Origin: Phoronis australis
Taxonomy: Eukaryota; Animalia; Phoronida
Length of the DNA stretch: 64,000 nucleotides
Direction: 5' to 3'
NCBI GenBank assembly: GCA_002633005.1
Contig: NMRA01000345.1
Span: 205,864-269,863 of the forward strand
Part shown: one piece after another, positions 23,373-37,995 of the stretch
Layout: every line of letters begins with the position of its first letter
How positions within the stretch are numbered: position 1 is the stretch's first letter
Notes under the pieces: generated by a model
What the model saw: only the letters and a program-made list of their open reading frames with translations
Databases searched by the model: none
Told to the model about the DNA's origin: nothing
Program-made: the position numbers and the translations under genes

Positions 23373-24980
23373 AGGAGAATGCCACCCGATTTCATTAGTC
23401 TTTTTTGCAGTCTTAATCGGTCTATATCCACTTCACCTCGCATACGGTCGACCTTACCTTGCCAAGAGGTGTCGCGTTAACCTGTGAGGAAGGTGAGAAA
23501 CGACGCTAGCGACGTCAGTGGTTCATATGCAGAGTGAATGCCGCTATGTTGCGGTGCATCGTTCCCGCTTGTCCGAACTAAGCAGCTGCGAGGAAAGCGG
23601 GTATTTCGTTTTTTGTTTTTTTTTACTTCCTCGACAGTCCGAAATGCTTAGGAAGTGGCTCATGGTAGTGAAAAATGAAATGTACGCTGTAAATAGCAAG
23701 TATGAGGCCGTGAAACATCTCCGTGTCCGTGGCCTGCAGACGTCGACAGCGCCTGACGAATGCCGGCTTACCAAATAACTCCATACGTTCCGTTGTCTGA
23801 GCTTGTTCACGGCGCCTCTCTAGTATTTCTTCATCACTGTATTCCTGCTCGAATTGATACCCTGTAAAACTTAACGATCCACCTGCGAAGTCGGGACTGA
23901 TGAGCTTTAGCTCGTCCTATGTCGGGATTGCGAGTTACCATGTTGGCTTTTTTAAAAAAGGGCTCTGTTTCAAAATGAATTATTCTCACCCTAACAATTA
24001 CTTATATAAAACTAAAACAAAGTCTGTCTCATTAGATGCAATTTGTAATGCCTTTGGAGTGTTCGTGAGTGCAAATGATTTGAGAAGCCCGCAATTATTA
24101 AATCACTGCGTTACCGGCTGGGAAATAAAACTAATTGACGGGACACCGAGGCCGTGTGAGCTCATGCTAATTTAGTGTTTGCTGGCAGAAACTGTTGTGA
24201 AATAACTCGATTTCCATCCCACGGCCAGGTGTTAGTGGAATCTTAATTTACATTTACATTACTTAAATAATGATTGTCAATGTACAACTTCTGCCCTGAC
24301 GGTGCTGTGGCCAAAGCGGAACCTAAATTCGCAGCCCCCGACGAGTAAGTAGATTTGCAGTTTCGTGGCAATTCACCAACATAATCAGGTGTACATTACT
24401 TGGGCTCACTAGTATAGTATTTTCTTGACTGGAAGTTTAGTTTCCACTGAATTTGGCTGGTTTATGTTCGTGATGTCTGATCATTTTCCGAGCCACTGGC
24501 CAGGATAACAATTGTGTTTAGAACACAAAAAATCACAAGTCTAAACAACACAGATCTTGGTTCTCCTGTCTGTATGTCACGGAAAATACTTCGAAATTAT
24601 CTCCGAACAGACCCCAAACTCCTGCTACGGGCCTTATTGGCCTGCCGAACTTTGTAGGCTACGGTGTGTCCAAATACCAATAAATCCGTACGAGCGAAAT
24701 AAAACAACACGTTTTTATGTGAAATCGGTGTATTTTTAAGGGTTTTACATGGAAGTTTTATGATTTATTGGTGTTAAACGATGACTTCAAGCGATAAGCT
24801 GACACCAGTAACCCTTGTTGTGAACTGCTGAACAGACTGCGTGTGAAACCGATGACGTCATTGGATAATTTCAACACCTCCGTCTGCCGTCAGGTAACGC
24901 AACCGTACGTGTCGTTATGGAGTAGAACTACTCGATCTAAATTGATACTAATTAGGTTGCTTTTTGGGTGGCATGCTCCT
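23373..24980 (+). mobile_element. Kolobok-like DNA transposon (deleted) carrying a THAP remnant
   Basis: TTAA TSD (23369-72, 24981-84); TIR AGGAG(A/C)ATGCCACCC; inserted into a HINE-like repeat that resumes on both sides. Confidence 0.8.
23538..23745 (+). pseudogene. Degenerate THAP zinc-finger coding remnant
   Basis: MPLCC...; after a frameshift FFLLPRQSEMLRKWLMVVK...KHLRV(R)GL, matching the THAP pattern F..P....R.W......VC..HF with decayed ligands. Confidence 0.6.
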
Positions 24981-24984
24981 TTAA

Positions 24985-25620
24985 CCTGTCTAGTCAAAAA
25001 CTAAAATGGCCAACAGGGTGCTACAGTAGCCAAATGTGTCCGAAAATCGACTAGTGCTGGCGCATACCACCCATCTATCCCTATGTCACCATGATTCGTC
25101 AAGCGGTTTCAAGATAATCGATGGACAGGCAATGACTTGAGCAGTCGAAAACTAACGGGTGCCACAGTCCAAAAATTGAATAGTGCCGGCACACTCTCGC
25201 CATATACCTCTGTATCGAATTTCATCGTGATCTGTCAAGCAGTTTTTGAGATAATCGACGCTTTTTAAGTAGGAAGACAATTGACAAAACTGTAACAGTG
25301 TGGAATGCATTAAAATGTAATTCGTAAGTGAACATATCTTATTCCAGTAAAAATCATAAGTGTGCAGAATTAAAAAATTGCCATTTTTAAATATATCATG
25401 GCTTGACGGAAACGAAATCACCTAACCTGGGGAAACACGCTAGCCAAATCCGTCGAAAAATCAACTGGTGCTGGCGCATATCCGCCAAGTACCTCTACAC
25501 CAAATTTCATGATACGCCAAGTGGTTCTTGAGATAATAGGCAGGAATGATAAGGACAGACGAACGGACGGACGGAATGCCGACAAAATGCGACCACAACT
25601 TTTTGTGGGTGCAGAAAAAT
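24985..25620 (+). repeat. HINE-like repeat (continuation of 23200-23368)
   Basis: Three related units (gtgctggcgcata...aaatttcat...gagataat), GACG microsatellite, 3' hairpin ccaca...tgtgg. Confidence 0.5.
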
Positions 25621-27032
25621 TCCAAGAGATCACAATGTCCATTAAAAGTAACTTGCTTTTCAAAGACACCTGCGAGCAATACTTTAGACTCCGACCAGGT
25701 GTCTAATGTCAATATTTTTTTCAATTTTAAGAATCTACGAATCTGTAAGTTCTTTCACCAACGCTTTTAGGCTGCTATGCCAAGTGAATATTGGAACTTG
25801 TCATTCGACTCCTCACATTTTTTTAAAATTCATCAGATTTTCTTAGATGTGTTAACACCAGTTTAGTGTTGCAGTAATTTTCATTCTAATATGACTGTAC
25901 AGCACATGGCTGTAATCAAGTTGCCCATGACTTGAATAATGGCATTGTGTACGTATTGCACTCTGTACACTAGCAGCATGGGCCTGTCTTGTTGTTCATG
26001 GGTATTTTTGAATATCCGTCGAGTGAATTTTTTGTGAGTTTCGACTTTTTCAGATGGTATTGAGGTTGGTGTTCGCCTGAACCTGTCAACATTTACAGGG
26101 CAAAAAATACCACCCACTTATAATGATATACTTCTTTCAGGAAGGACCACAAATTTCTTCAAAACACAACCAACCACCCATAATTTTTTATTTCAACTGC
26201 CTTCTCATACCGATTTTGCTGGAAGAGCCCTTAGCACTATTCTGAGGTTAACAGATTATTTGCTGGCGAAACCTATTTTCAAGGACAATTTCTGGCAACA
26301 TGGCAGGCGTGTGTTCGCTGATGCAAGAACCTTGCAAAAACCCAAGATCATGCAAGACTGCGATATCAGCATGTACTACAACCAAGCACATGATCACACT
26401 AGCTTCCTTCCAAAGATTCTTGCCTCTACAAAACTACACCCTGCGATGCCATTTCTGTTTGCTGTGAGCAATGGCGATAAGATGACCTTTCAAGCACTGC
26501 CGTGTCGGCTAGCCCTCCCCCACCCAAATTGGTTAGAGAAAAGAATTCGGCATCATCTTTCTTCATCTCTGGTGAATTTTCCATTTTTCTGAAAAATTGA
26601 GCACCTAAAAAGTACCACCCATTCATTAAAAAAGACAGGCAAGAACCAACCATACTTGGGTGAAGTTTTACGTGTCTGCTGAGTCATTCTGAAGTAGAAA
26701 AATTTTCATCAACATAAAATTGTAGACCAGTAAATAAACTATGAGGTGATACCACTCATATCAGCAGCGCTAGGCGAGTCGAATGATTATGTTGAATATG
26801 ATTCAAACACTGTTCATTGCCAGGTGACGTAGCGGCACAACTTGAACGGGATGATCACTGTTCTTGTTGTCGGTCAATCCAGTGTTGACTTTCCACTTGC
26901 CCTTGTCACAATGACACACAGAAGCAGAATGGTTGAGGCCATACCACTTCTTCTATAAGATATGTTGAGCTCAGGAATGTGTTAGTACCAAAGTGGATAT
27001 TGTAAGTGGACGTCTTGATATCTTAAGTACTC

Positions 27033-27854
27033 CCATACGAAAAAGAAAGTGAGAATCTCACTGGATTCCAGTTAGATTCCAGTTAGATTCTCACTAAATC
27101 ACCAATTATAGTTAGAAATGCCAGTGAGAACCCAGTGGGAATTGAACAGGGGCAGTCAGTGAGAAAATAGTGAGAAAATGTTATGTGACAGTGAGAATTT
27201 TGGTCTTAGAAAAATTCTGAGTGAGAATCAGTGAGAATTTCAGACTTAGGAAAAATCTGAGTGAGAATTGAGTGAGAATTTGGACTTGCCAAAATTGGAG
27301 TGAGAATTCAGTGAGAATCTAAGATAAACAAACATCCTGATTGGCTGTAACTGTAGAAATTTCAGTTGAACCAGATTTCTGAATTCAAACTAAGATGGCG
27401 CCAGGAATGAGCAGTTGGAGAAATAGCTTGAAGATTGTTGATGTTTTTCTCACAAATATTCTGAAATTACTGAACTGAGTTTGTCTGCAAGTCAACCACA
27501 GGTGATCCTGGACTGATTTTGCGTGTTAATAAGCTTATGGTTAGTACATTTCATACATCTAGTAGAGTGCATGAAGCACCAGTATTAGGCTGATGTCTTC
27601 ATTCTGTGTTGACAGCTGGGTTTTCAGTATTTTGCTGATTCACCAAAGGCATTATAGTTATTATTTTATGTCTGCTATATTTCACAATTAGCAATTATTA
27701 AATTGTATCCTTAGTCAAAGTTCAAGATAAACTCACAAAAATAAGCAGTGTTTTGGTTACCAAAAAGGTTTGATCTCGATTCTATTCAGTCAGTGGCTGA
27801 AAAGGCACACACAAAATTTTCTAAGTTCAAAATTCTCACCCAGTGAGATTTTCA
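27033..27854. mobile_element. Non-autonomous DNA transposon fragment with AGTGAGAA subterminal repeat array (CACTA/EnSpm-like)
   Basis: cccatacgaaaaa start; more than 10 gtgagaa / ttctcac motifs at 27049-27320 and again at 27830-27850; ends at an N join. Confidence 0.5.
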
Positions 27855-30800
27855 NGCCGGTCGGCTAATTTTTAGCCGACCGGTCGGCAAATTAGACGAC
27901 CGGTCGACGGCTAGTCGTCGACCAATTTCCGACCGGGCGGCCAAAAATTCGTGATGTGTGCTGTAAGTGAAAAATGTCAACACGAATATGCAATGGGATT
28001 TTTACAATAACAAAGATGAAAAAAGCATAACAACATTACATAAAGTGTTGCATACATTTCTGAGAACGAATACACCTTTGCATACTATGTTTTACAAAAT
28101 AGAGCTGTCAGAGCACACCAAAATACAAATTTCATCAGAAAAACTTCAATAGTCTAAAATGGTTAGTCATTTATATATCATTTTGAAATATTTTTTCGAG
28201 TTTTTTTAATTTTTGCAGCCTCAAAATAGCCTTTTTTAGCAAATAGCACCCAAAAGTATCAGGCCACAAAAATATCAAGTTTAGAAAACTATATTTGGGA
28301 ATCCATCGCTTACTGTGTTGCTAAAACAAGATGGAGTCCTTTACATATACGTTAACAACATATCGTCACCAAACCACTTTTTTAAAACGACAAAACACTT
28401 CAAGAATTACCATGGTTCGGTGAAAATATTTCATTTGTTCCAAAATATTTCAAAACAATTCTAAAAATGAAATTGGTGTAACAAATGATTTCAAAAATAG
28501 CAAAAACCAGAAACCTAGTTTTTTCAGAGTATTTCGTCATTTATTCAAAAATCTTTGAGGTTATACGAATTATTCTATTTTCCCCAAGTGAGATCAATGG
28601 TCTCACAATCTTAAGTTACGCACCATGCATTTTTAATTAAACAAAATTAAATTCAACAATAAAATTTCAATGAAATTCAAATCAATTTCATTCTTGTCAA
28701 ATAATATAAGAATTGAGAGGCGTTGTGTTAGTGACCATCCAAAAAGAGCATACTCGTATTCTATTCTAAACGGTTTTGATGTACTGCAGCCTTGAATAAA
28801 CAATTATTTTAATGCAAAATGTATTTTTTTAAATGAAACAGATCACACCATCACAAGGTAGAAAACATGTAACAAATTTATTTTTGAAGAAAATAGACTG
28901 AATCTATCCCCAAAACTAAAGTTAAATTGAATTTTAAAAATATTCTGCACTGTTATAATGAAAATATTTCACCAATTTGGGTCACTTTATGTAATTTAGG
29001 GAATTTTTGACTGGTTCTGTTTAATCCATTTGACCAATCAAATTTGAGTTCAGTTTTAACCCCGGAAAGGTCTGCATGGTTCTTGAAAATGACTGAATTT
29101 GTCTTTTTTGGAAGAGTACACATGCAGGATTTTTCCAGGTTAGAAATTGAAAAGGCATCAAATTAAAAAAACTACATTTTCCCATACTTTTATCAAAAAA
29201 GTGTAAAAGAACTGTATTTTATTCTGAATAAATTCTGGATAGTTTTCTATGAATTGTTGATTAATTTCACAAATAATTCAACACCAAAAATTAAACGTAT
29301 ATTCTCTAACGAAGCTAAAAAAATTACCGGCTTGGAGCGCTGCTTAGTCTCGTGACGTATTTGGCTGGGGCAAAGTCACTGTCCTGTGTTAGCGTGCAAT
29401 CAAGTAGCGTTTTTCATATTGTCGGAATAAGAAATTTTATTGTGAAATTTCGGGTCAAAAGGGATACCTGTTTGAGCCGAGGCAACGCAAAGTGATACCC
29501 AGTCATCGTCATCGTCAGACGAAAATTTGCCGGTGCAACTGGTGTCAGTGACTGTGCCGAGCGCAATGTGGACTCTAGCCATCCAGTCAACCAGCTGTCA
29601 GCCCGAATACTCCGGCAGCTCTGTAAACTTGAAGGGTTGGTAAGTTACCGACTGTAGCTGTATGAAGACTATCGTACCACTGTGTGTTGAGCTCCGTTAA
29701 CCCCGAAATTTCAGACAGCCGTTGACTACCCGGGTATAGTTGACTCAGTTATGCTCGTCACCTCGTCGTAAAACTTAGGCTACATCAACATATAAAGCTA
29801 ACGGACCGGCGAGGGCGCATGCAAAATCTGGTGTAGTCACCCGACACTCCCATTGTTCGTTGCAGCCGTTTAAGTGCAAACAATCAAATAAACGTCATTT
29901 GGTAGATTAAATTACCGCCTTTTTAACAAAGAAGTGTATCGCCCGTTTCAAGAACAGCACGCGCCATTTCATAAAAATTTGAGACATCTTTCAGGACATG
30001 ATAACAGCTTCGCAGCACCAAGGTTGTTCTAAAATTCGGTTTGCTGGTGTAAAAATACTTAAAACTTGAAACAAAATGAAACAAGCTCCGATAATTTGTT
30101 ATAACATGTACGCAACCTAGGTACCGTCAGCAACGAAAACTTGATAAAAGAATAAGGGGAAAAGAAACTGGTAAAGGTCAGGTGACGTAATCGCAAGAAG
30201 CCGACTCAAGAGAACACATCAAAATTTTACTAGCAGCAGCCGATGAATGATCGCTAACATTTCCAACACCGGTAAATACAGAAGTTAGTTTACTCTAGGA
30301 ACCTGGTACCTAGGCTTACTCAAGGATGACTTAGTTTTAATGACATTTATTTGAGTCAGATTTTATTTGTACATTTTTTACCCATATCGGCTTAAACCTG
30401 TAGGCCTACATGTATATCTACACTGTCACTGAGCTTTGGGCCAAGGCTTGGGTAACCCGGCGATGCTATGCGATGACCATCCCTTTAGAAGACACCTTTT
30501 TCGAAGAGTTTGAGCAACCAGGTGCCATACAAAAAGGCATAGCGAACCTTTTAGGGCACTGTGGCAAACAATAAAAAATAAGGACCATTGATACAATGAT
30601 AAATTGCGAAGTAAACTCTTCAAATATGACAATGAATGTTTAAAGCAGCCGAAACCCCGCCGTTCACGTCACTGACACATCAGCCAATCAGCGATCGCTT
30701 TCAGAATTCAGTGTTTTTACCATGAATTCGAATTGGCTTTTGTTTGGCACGCAAGTCAGGCAAATGTGAGTTTTATTTGTATGTCAGAACCGATTAACTG

Positions 30801-33800
30801 CAACATTATTTTGACTACAGTCCCCTTTTAAGGCGGATGTTTTTAGCAGTTTAACATCAATAGCGGATTTACAGGCTGGCCAAGCGGGCTACAACCCCCC
30901 TAAAATTTCCCCAGATTCCATTTGGCAGATCGGGAGTGCCAATGTCTGAAGGACAAAATACTGGCTAATACTCTGCTCTGGTCCCCCTAACACAAAATCC
31001 TTGATCCGCCCCTGGATATACATATCATTAAAATCGGTTTAGTAACGGCCATTTAGCAACTGGAAATTTATCCCCTTCTCAAGTGCTGCAGTACTTCGAT
31101 TTTTAAAAATATTCATGAATGACCCCATTTGTTGAAACGGATATCAATATAAAGAACAAAGTTTAAATATTTCGATGGCATACTTTTCATTTTCCACCAC
31201 TTTTCATCATATGTATGAGCTTCTGAAAATCATGAAAACTGGCAAAATTTTTGCTCTTGCTGAATTTTGGATATATTGGTAAACCATGGCTTATGTATTG
31301 TAAACATAGTGACGAATGAGAAACTGCATCCAAAATCGCAAAAATCAAGCTAAATTTCATCATAAATGACTGAGAATTCAACTGGTGAAAAGAATTATCC
31401 ATTTAGCTTAACCTTTTCATTGGGCCAAACTCCTCGATTCGTGTGTTGAACTGTGCCAGCAAGCGGACCGATCAACATCTTGTCAAGTTAATTCCGACAC
31501 GTTTCGTACCAATAATTCGACTTGAATAGCTCGCATACGCGATTTAGTTTGCATTAAACACAACAAATTATTTTCAAACTCAAAAATGTGCTTGACGTGC
31601 GTGAAATAAAAACCAAAGTTCACCTTCGTTACTATGCTTAGGCAAAAGGTATCCGCTCATCCATAACCTTTACGACAAACAGATGGCAATCGAACCGGCT
31701 GTAGACGTCAAGTCGAAATTGACCTACCTTTTGAACTTTCCATGTCAGAGGTCGCTGTTGAAGTAGTGCGGGAGGTGAATACGAAAAACTTCATTACATG
31801 GCCGTATTTCCCTCAACAGATTCAATGCGCGTGGGATAAAATGAACGACACGACATTACATGCACGCATAATGCTCTTCGACTTCCATGGGTTTCTATAT
31901 TTTTTTATCAAGTGTTTCACGCGAACGCATGCCTCAAATCTATTTTGTTAGAATTAATCGAGTGTACATGAGGGCACCAAGCCTATAAATTGGGGGCTCG
32001 ATTGTGTACCTTTTATTATAAAATCCATTGGGTATGTTCAGGGCTATGAATTGCAGAAGCTTTTTTGGACTTCCTGCCTTCTAGTGGACTTTTGTCTCGT
32101 TTTCTACTTTTTTCGGAGTTCTTGCTTCTCTGACTGTGGCAGACCTTTTTCCATTTCTCCAAATAGGGGCTCGTTCGAGCACCTAAGCATGACAAGTCCA
32201 ATACAAAATGTTATCATTTGTTATTTATTAAACAGTAAATACCAAGGAAGTGAGCTTACAAGTGAACCATATCCATAACTGTAATTTGATTGGAGGTGGA
32301 ATTCTCAATGACACAAATCCAAGAACCCATGAAATAAAAACTTCCAGTGAACTTTTTTTAAATTTATGTATCAATCTATTGAAATAAAAGTAAACCCAAG
32401 GCATCAAGAAATAATGCCTGAAGATGCTAGTATGGCAAACTAATTCTGTCATGCTTTGGTCATTCAATCATTGAAATGAAAGAACAAATCAGAGGCCGAC
32501 TGCAGACCTGTGTACCACCAAAACTCCATTGGAGTACTCTGAACACCAGATTTGCAGATTTTCAGTAAATTTGCAGATTTTCAAGCACAGACCAAATTTA
32601 CCCTAAAATATGCGGGGGGTTAATTTTCACAGTGGACCTTTCACTAACTAAAAAAAGAAAAAAACAACGGGTTTGTTCAACGTTCAGAGCTTTCGCCGAA
32701 TACTTGCCTCTTTAGTGGACTTTTGTCTTGTTTAGTCAAACTTTTGGTTTCTCAAATGACCCCCCCCCCCTCCCCCCGAGGACAGTTTTCCTACTTACTT
32801 GCCTCTAAAATACACGCAGTGACTTGATCACCAATTTTCAGAATAATTTAAGTCGTTTAATTGAGGGAAAACGCGCTAAGTGAAAAGATCCTGTTAATCA
32901 AATGTCCTTACTGAACTTAGTTGTCTTTACATGTCTAACCATTAGGCTAATGATTAACCTAATGATTAATCATGTATATACACCTCATTTCTTAACACAA
33001 AAACATATCTGCAAATATGTGTTGATGAATCTGTACTGGACAATGTTTCGCACCAGACGATATTTTCTACACCAATCACAAAAGTTTTGAACAATTATTC
33101 ATTGCAAGTGTCTGTGAACACGTACCACCGTACTGCATGCGAAAAGACCTCGAGGCTCGACTGTGCCTTGAGTATTATCGTCAGCTCTACATGCTACGAA
33201 GTCAGTGCAGATCACCATGTCCGCAAAAAAACAACACGCCTTACAACTTCCAGTATAAATTCCACGGCCCCTTGAATAAGACATTGTCATTCTTTCGGAA
33301 TAACGCTGTAAAAAACAGATGTCCCCTTCTTTCGGAAGCTACCTTCTTCACAGCACAGAATATGCGACCACATGCTTTGCCATTTTGTCAACAATACGTA
33401 TTTAGCCGTAAATAGCCGGAATTAGACGAAGTAAGCAATCAACAAATCACAGAAGTCGTTGCTTATTGGTTAGGCCTGTGACACACATACCGGTAGAAGA
33501 GGCCTCGCGATTCGCCGATAATCAGGCTATTTCGAGAATGAAACGAAGCAAGTTTTCCGAGTTTGTAAAAAATTATGATTTTACAATATTTTTTTTTTTT
33601 TTTTTAATTTCTAACTTTAAAATCTTCTTCCTCGTCCGTTTAGACTACAAATCGGCGTATTTATTGAGAAACAAGCGAATTAATAATCAATTTTGAATTT
33701 GCTGAATTTGCGTATTTTTGGCTGGCCGTGCGTACTTGCGTACTGGAGGCTTGATGTCCGTACGAGTCCGCATTTTTTGCGTATGATACACAGGTCTGCT

Positions 33801-36800
33801 ATTACATTTTTAATAATTTAGGTACTCCACAGTTCAAATAAAAATTGAGTGTTTTCCTGCGGAACTCTATATTTGGTTTCAGTCCCTTCACACAGTCTCC
33901 ATAAACATTAATTTATATTAATTGTATTTTTGTCTTAACGTGATTGAAGTGTATTACAACTTAAAGACTATCAAGGTAGTTGACATTAAGATCTACTGTA
34001 CATCAGTCAAAACTAAAATAATGATGTTTAGGTGAATTCAGTATTGGAACGTTATGTAAGCCACAATGATTCAACCTTTTACCATAATAAGTAACTTAAA
34101 TTCACAGTAATTTTTAACATTTAAACATTACACAACTACGCAAGTTTTCATGATATGAAAGTGGACATGCGTGTTTCTATTACCATGGTGACCGAATAGT
34201 ACATACTTTAACCAAAATTTGACAAGCATGATTTAAGAAAACATAAAATTGCAAGGAACAAGAATTGGAGGCTTGAAGCTTCACAATTCAACATAGCCTA
34301 TACACGTATGTCTAATTAAGCTTCTTCATATTGTTGACTTTATAACCTGAATTAAACAAGCCAAGAGTCACAAAACATAACTTCATAGCAATTTAGAGTT
34401 AAAATTTAGAAAAATGTGAATCATTTTGTGACACCTAATCAAGCCTTAAACAGCAGTTGATAGTCAACCAAAAAAAAATTTCAAAATTATTTCAACAAGT
34501 CAATTCTTTAGCTTAGTGCAAGATCACCTGAATGGGAATTTCACAGTAAATAATTCGATTATGCCTTATTTTTTGCACAAAAAACACGAAAACTAAATAA
34601 AGTACCTTCTTGTAGCAACGTTTGTCAAAATGTATCAACGTCAAACCTTCACAAATTACAAAGTAGCCAGTTGAACATGCCTTCCAGTTCAGTAAAGCCG
34701 CCATGTTTTTGGTGCCGCCAGAAATGAGTCCAACGGGCATTGTGATCAAATTTTTCACTAATAAGTATCAACTGCGATGCTGAAATTTGGTGGAAGCTGT
34801 TGAAACTTGCAGAAAAGTAAAAAAGAATTCTTTCTAAATTTCACCGAGAATTGTTGGCGAAAAAAATTAAGACAAAGTTTTATTAAACTCTCAATTTATC
34901 CCGCTGTCGTCCAAGATGGATTACCCAATTCAAACCAAGTGACCCACTTTTCGCAACAAAATTGCAATAGCTTTGCACTGCTTGTCTCAATTTTGATACT
35001 TTTTTGATTTATACTTTCCGATGACGGCAAACCACTTTTTCAAAACGAAGAAAATAAAAACAAAAATGGTTCGACTCTTATAGGTTCATAGGTTCGACCA
35101 CACTTCAAAGAAGGAACTAAACACCAATGCTATTTTAACATATTAAAGAAAATTACGCGTAACATTCCAAAAAATAACGACTTCTAACTACGTATTATAA
35201 ATACACGATATATACTAACGAATCAAGAGAATTTACCAATAAAACAAAATAATGAAGACTTTTCGAGCAAGCGAGGACAAAATGTCGGCGTTCAGTACAA
35301 GTTCCTGAACTGACATGCCGGAAATTTTGGTAAGAAAATAACCGGTGACAGCTAGTACTTATCTGCTCACAGACACAAACACAATTAAAAAACACGCTTG
35401 TGGCGCAAAAAGAGAAGAGGATATAACGAAAAGGTATCGAAAATAATATTTTATTTATTTATTAAGTATTTTCGGATACTGAAGCCATATTGGCATTTTA
35501 AGACAAGGACTTTAAATTGTCAAGTCGAAAGTCTCTCAAATGTAAATAGGTTGTTTTCTGGATGTATTACATGATGAACCCGGTGAGTCAGTTGGCATTA
35601 TGTTTGAGAATATGTAGGAAAAATGTAAAAGTCATGTAAACTTTAGTTTTCTTCCATTATCATTCGACAATGTCAGGTGAACTAAATGTAAATAAACCCC
35701 TTTGAGCTTTCAATTTGTAAGAATTGTTATTTGTAAAAACTGGTTTTGTGGCTATCCTGTTCGTAAAGACAAAACGAAGGCAATTTCTGCTCCTTTACCG
35801 AATTTTCGTTAAAAAACTGCGGTTGTGGAGCGATCTTTAGCGACGGCTTTCGGCGCCATGAACTATTGCGTCACCTATTGGCCAGTTCTTTTTTTCACCG
35901 ATTCTTCAATCAACTGTTCTTCTTTCACGAGGTTGCGTACACGTCAAAACAAATTATCTGAAAACTGGTTTCCATTCGTTATTAGTTTCTAGAATTGTGG
36001 TACCGAAAAACCGAAGACAGTATGCTTAGGACACGCACACGCGCCATTTCCTAAATTTTTGGGACATCTCTCGGGAGATGATGAGAGCTTGGCAGCAGCA
36101 AAATTTCTTCTGAAACTTCGGTATCATAGAACGCCATTTTACCAACATTTACACAACAGTTATGAATCGAAGTGTGACACGTAGGCCTAATCAAATCTTG
36201 AAGAGCATTTGACTTCCAAACAAAAATTCAGTATTGAACCAGTTCAACTAATTTTAGCCAACAGGAATTGTGATCACTTTCAATATTATTAACAAATGCG
36301 TGACTGAAAAACATTAACTCGCGCCGAATAGTAGGCAGAGACATGTCACTTAATTTCATCGTATTTTATTGGAACTTGGAACTTATGTCACTGTCGACAA
36401 AGACTGCTGACTCGATCCCAAAAAATGACTCAAATTTCGCCACAAAATGTTCAATAACTTCACTGTTTATAATGAAAAGAAATTTGATTCGACCGACCCA
36501 ATTTCACTACAGAACACTTGTAACATAACGTCAAAGTACATGTCATCGGGTTGCGCACCATAGGTGCTAGGGTTCTATTCATGTAGTCCCCACTTTTTTC
36601 AGTGCTGCGCCGCCCATGGAATAGGGGCGGTGCACAACAGCGGGTATTAGACAGGATTTTGGACGTCAGACATTCGCACCCCTAAACTTGGAGTTTTATG
36701 GGGGCCGTGGCCTCCTTAGCCTCCTCTAAATTTGTCAATTTATGCTACATATTTGCTGTTAGAAGTGAAAGTATTAAAGCAAAACATACCTTTAACGAAC

Positions 36801-37789
36801 ACACCAAAGACAAAATAAATCAAAATTGATGCCATTTTCACTTTTGCTCTCCTTCCAGCAAACGTTTTTTCTTTCGAACTTAACAGCAACGTGGCAAAGT
36901 TCGAAACAAGAATACGCAAGACCAGTGCTTCACGTGCGCATCACGTGGTGGAGACATCGTAAACCCCGAGGGTCACTCATACTAACAAGTCGCATGCGCA
37001 AAAAATGCGGTTTTGACGGACCTGCTTGACGTTCAGTAGGACCCTAAATTTCCAATTCGTCCACGCAAAAGACACCTTAAGCTGGGGTTTATATTTCAGA
37101 ATTAATTCACAAGTCCGGTGAAAGAATGAATAGCAACTTTTTCAAAAATGTCGGTAATATTTCAACGCTCGATAAGACAGGGGAAAGTGCTTGGTGAAAA
37201 ACAAAACTTAAAAATCATGTCTTTGAATTCATTTTGATTTCTTTAAAAAGCTACGTCAAAAATTTAACTCAAATAAAAGGTTGAATACAATAATGCAAAT
37301 CACCAGCAATTGTCGTGTGAATACTGACAGCGTATTTTGTCACCTGGCAGAAATCGGCACCGGCCTCACAAGTCCATGTTTCAACATGTAAAAAATCTTG
37401 TTGATCACAAAACAGTGCGATCCTCACTTGACAATATTGCGTAACTGTGGTTGAGTTTGCTGCCCGTACGAAAAAATCTGTAAACTTTTACCCGGCAGTT
37501 GCCGGAAAAATAATAACTTGCTAAGGGCAAAGTTACACCTATTTTAAGGAAAAGGTCAAGGTTACACCTATTTTAAGAAGGCGGTAAAAATCATTTAACG
37601 AATCATCGTCCATTCTCAGTGGTCCATATAGCTATGGAAATTATAGAAAGAAGTGTTAACAACATATACACTCTTACTTGAAATGTGAGGAAAAAGTGCG
37701 TTTTTGCACTGTTCAATGTACAAGCACTTTTCTTCTTGATATAAATGTAATTGAACATTTACTGGAGAACAGGGCATTGGTAAAGTTGC

Positions 37790-37845
37790 TGGTGCAATCT
37801 TTTGTCGACCTGAAGAAAGATTTTGATAGTGTTGGCCATATAAAT
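37790..37845 (+). pseudogene. Tiny LINE reverse-transcriptase fragment
   Basis: FVDLKKDFDSVGH matches the RT motif FVDLKKAFDSV.H. Confidence 0.45.
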
Positions 37846-37854
37846 ATGTCTACA

Positions 37855-37995
37855 TTGCTAAGATGTCATCCCCGTATCTAGAGCCCGAGTGGATTTTTCA
37901 CAAATATCGCCCGAGGGGCCTTAGCCCAGGAGAGGATAATTCTAAAAAATCCACGGGTCTCTAGATCAGGGGGGTGACGAGTGAGAGCATGTAAT
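37855..37995. mobile_element. Short palindromic hairpin MITE (family of 62331-62490)
   Basis: Imperfect palindrome cccgagtggattttt...aaaaatccacgg centred on gcccgaggggcc; homologous to 62331-62490. Confidence 0.65.

Noticed and set aside
26260-26592. 110-aa plus-strand ORF
   Set aside because: No recognisable domain or splice structure; looks like repeat-derived sequence.
32503-33798. hAT-like element with CAGACCTGTGTA termini
   Set aside because: The 12-bp inverted match is present, but there is no TSD and the subterminal repeats differ between ends; may be two unrelated fragments.
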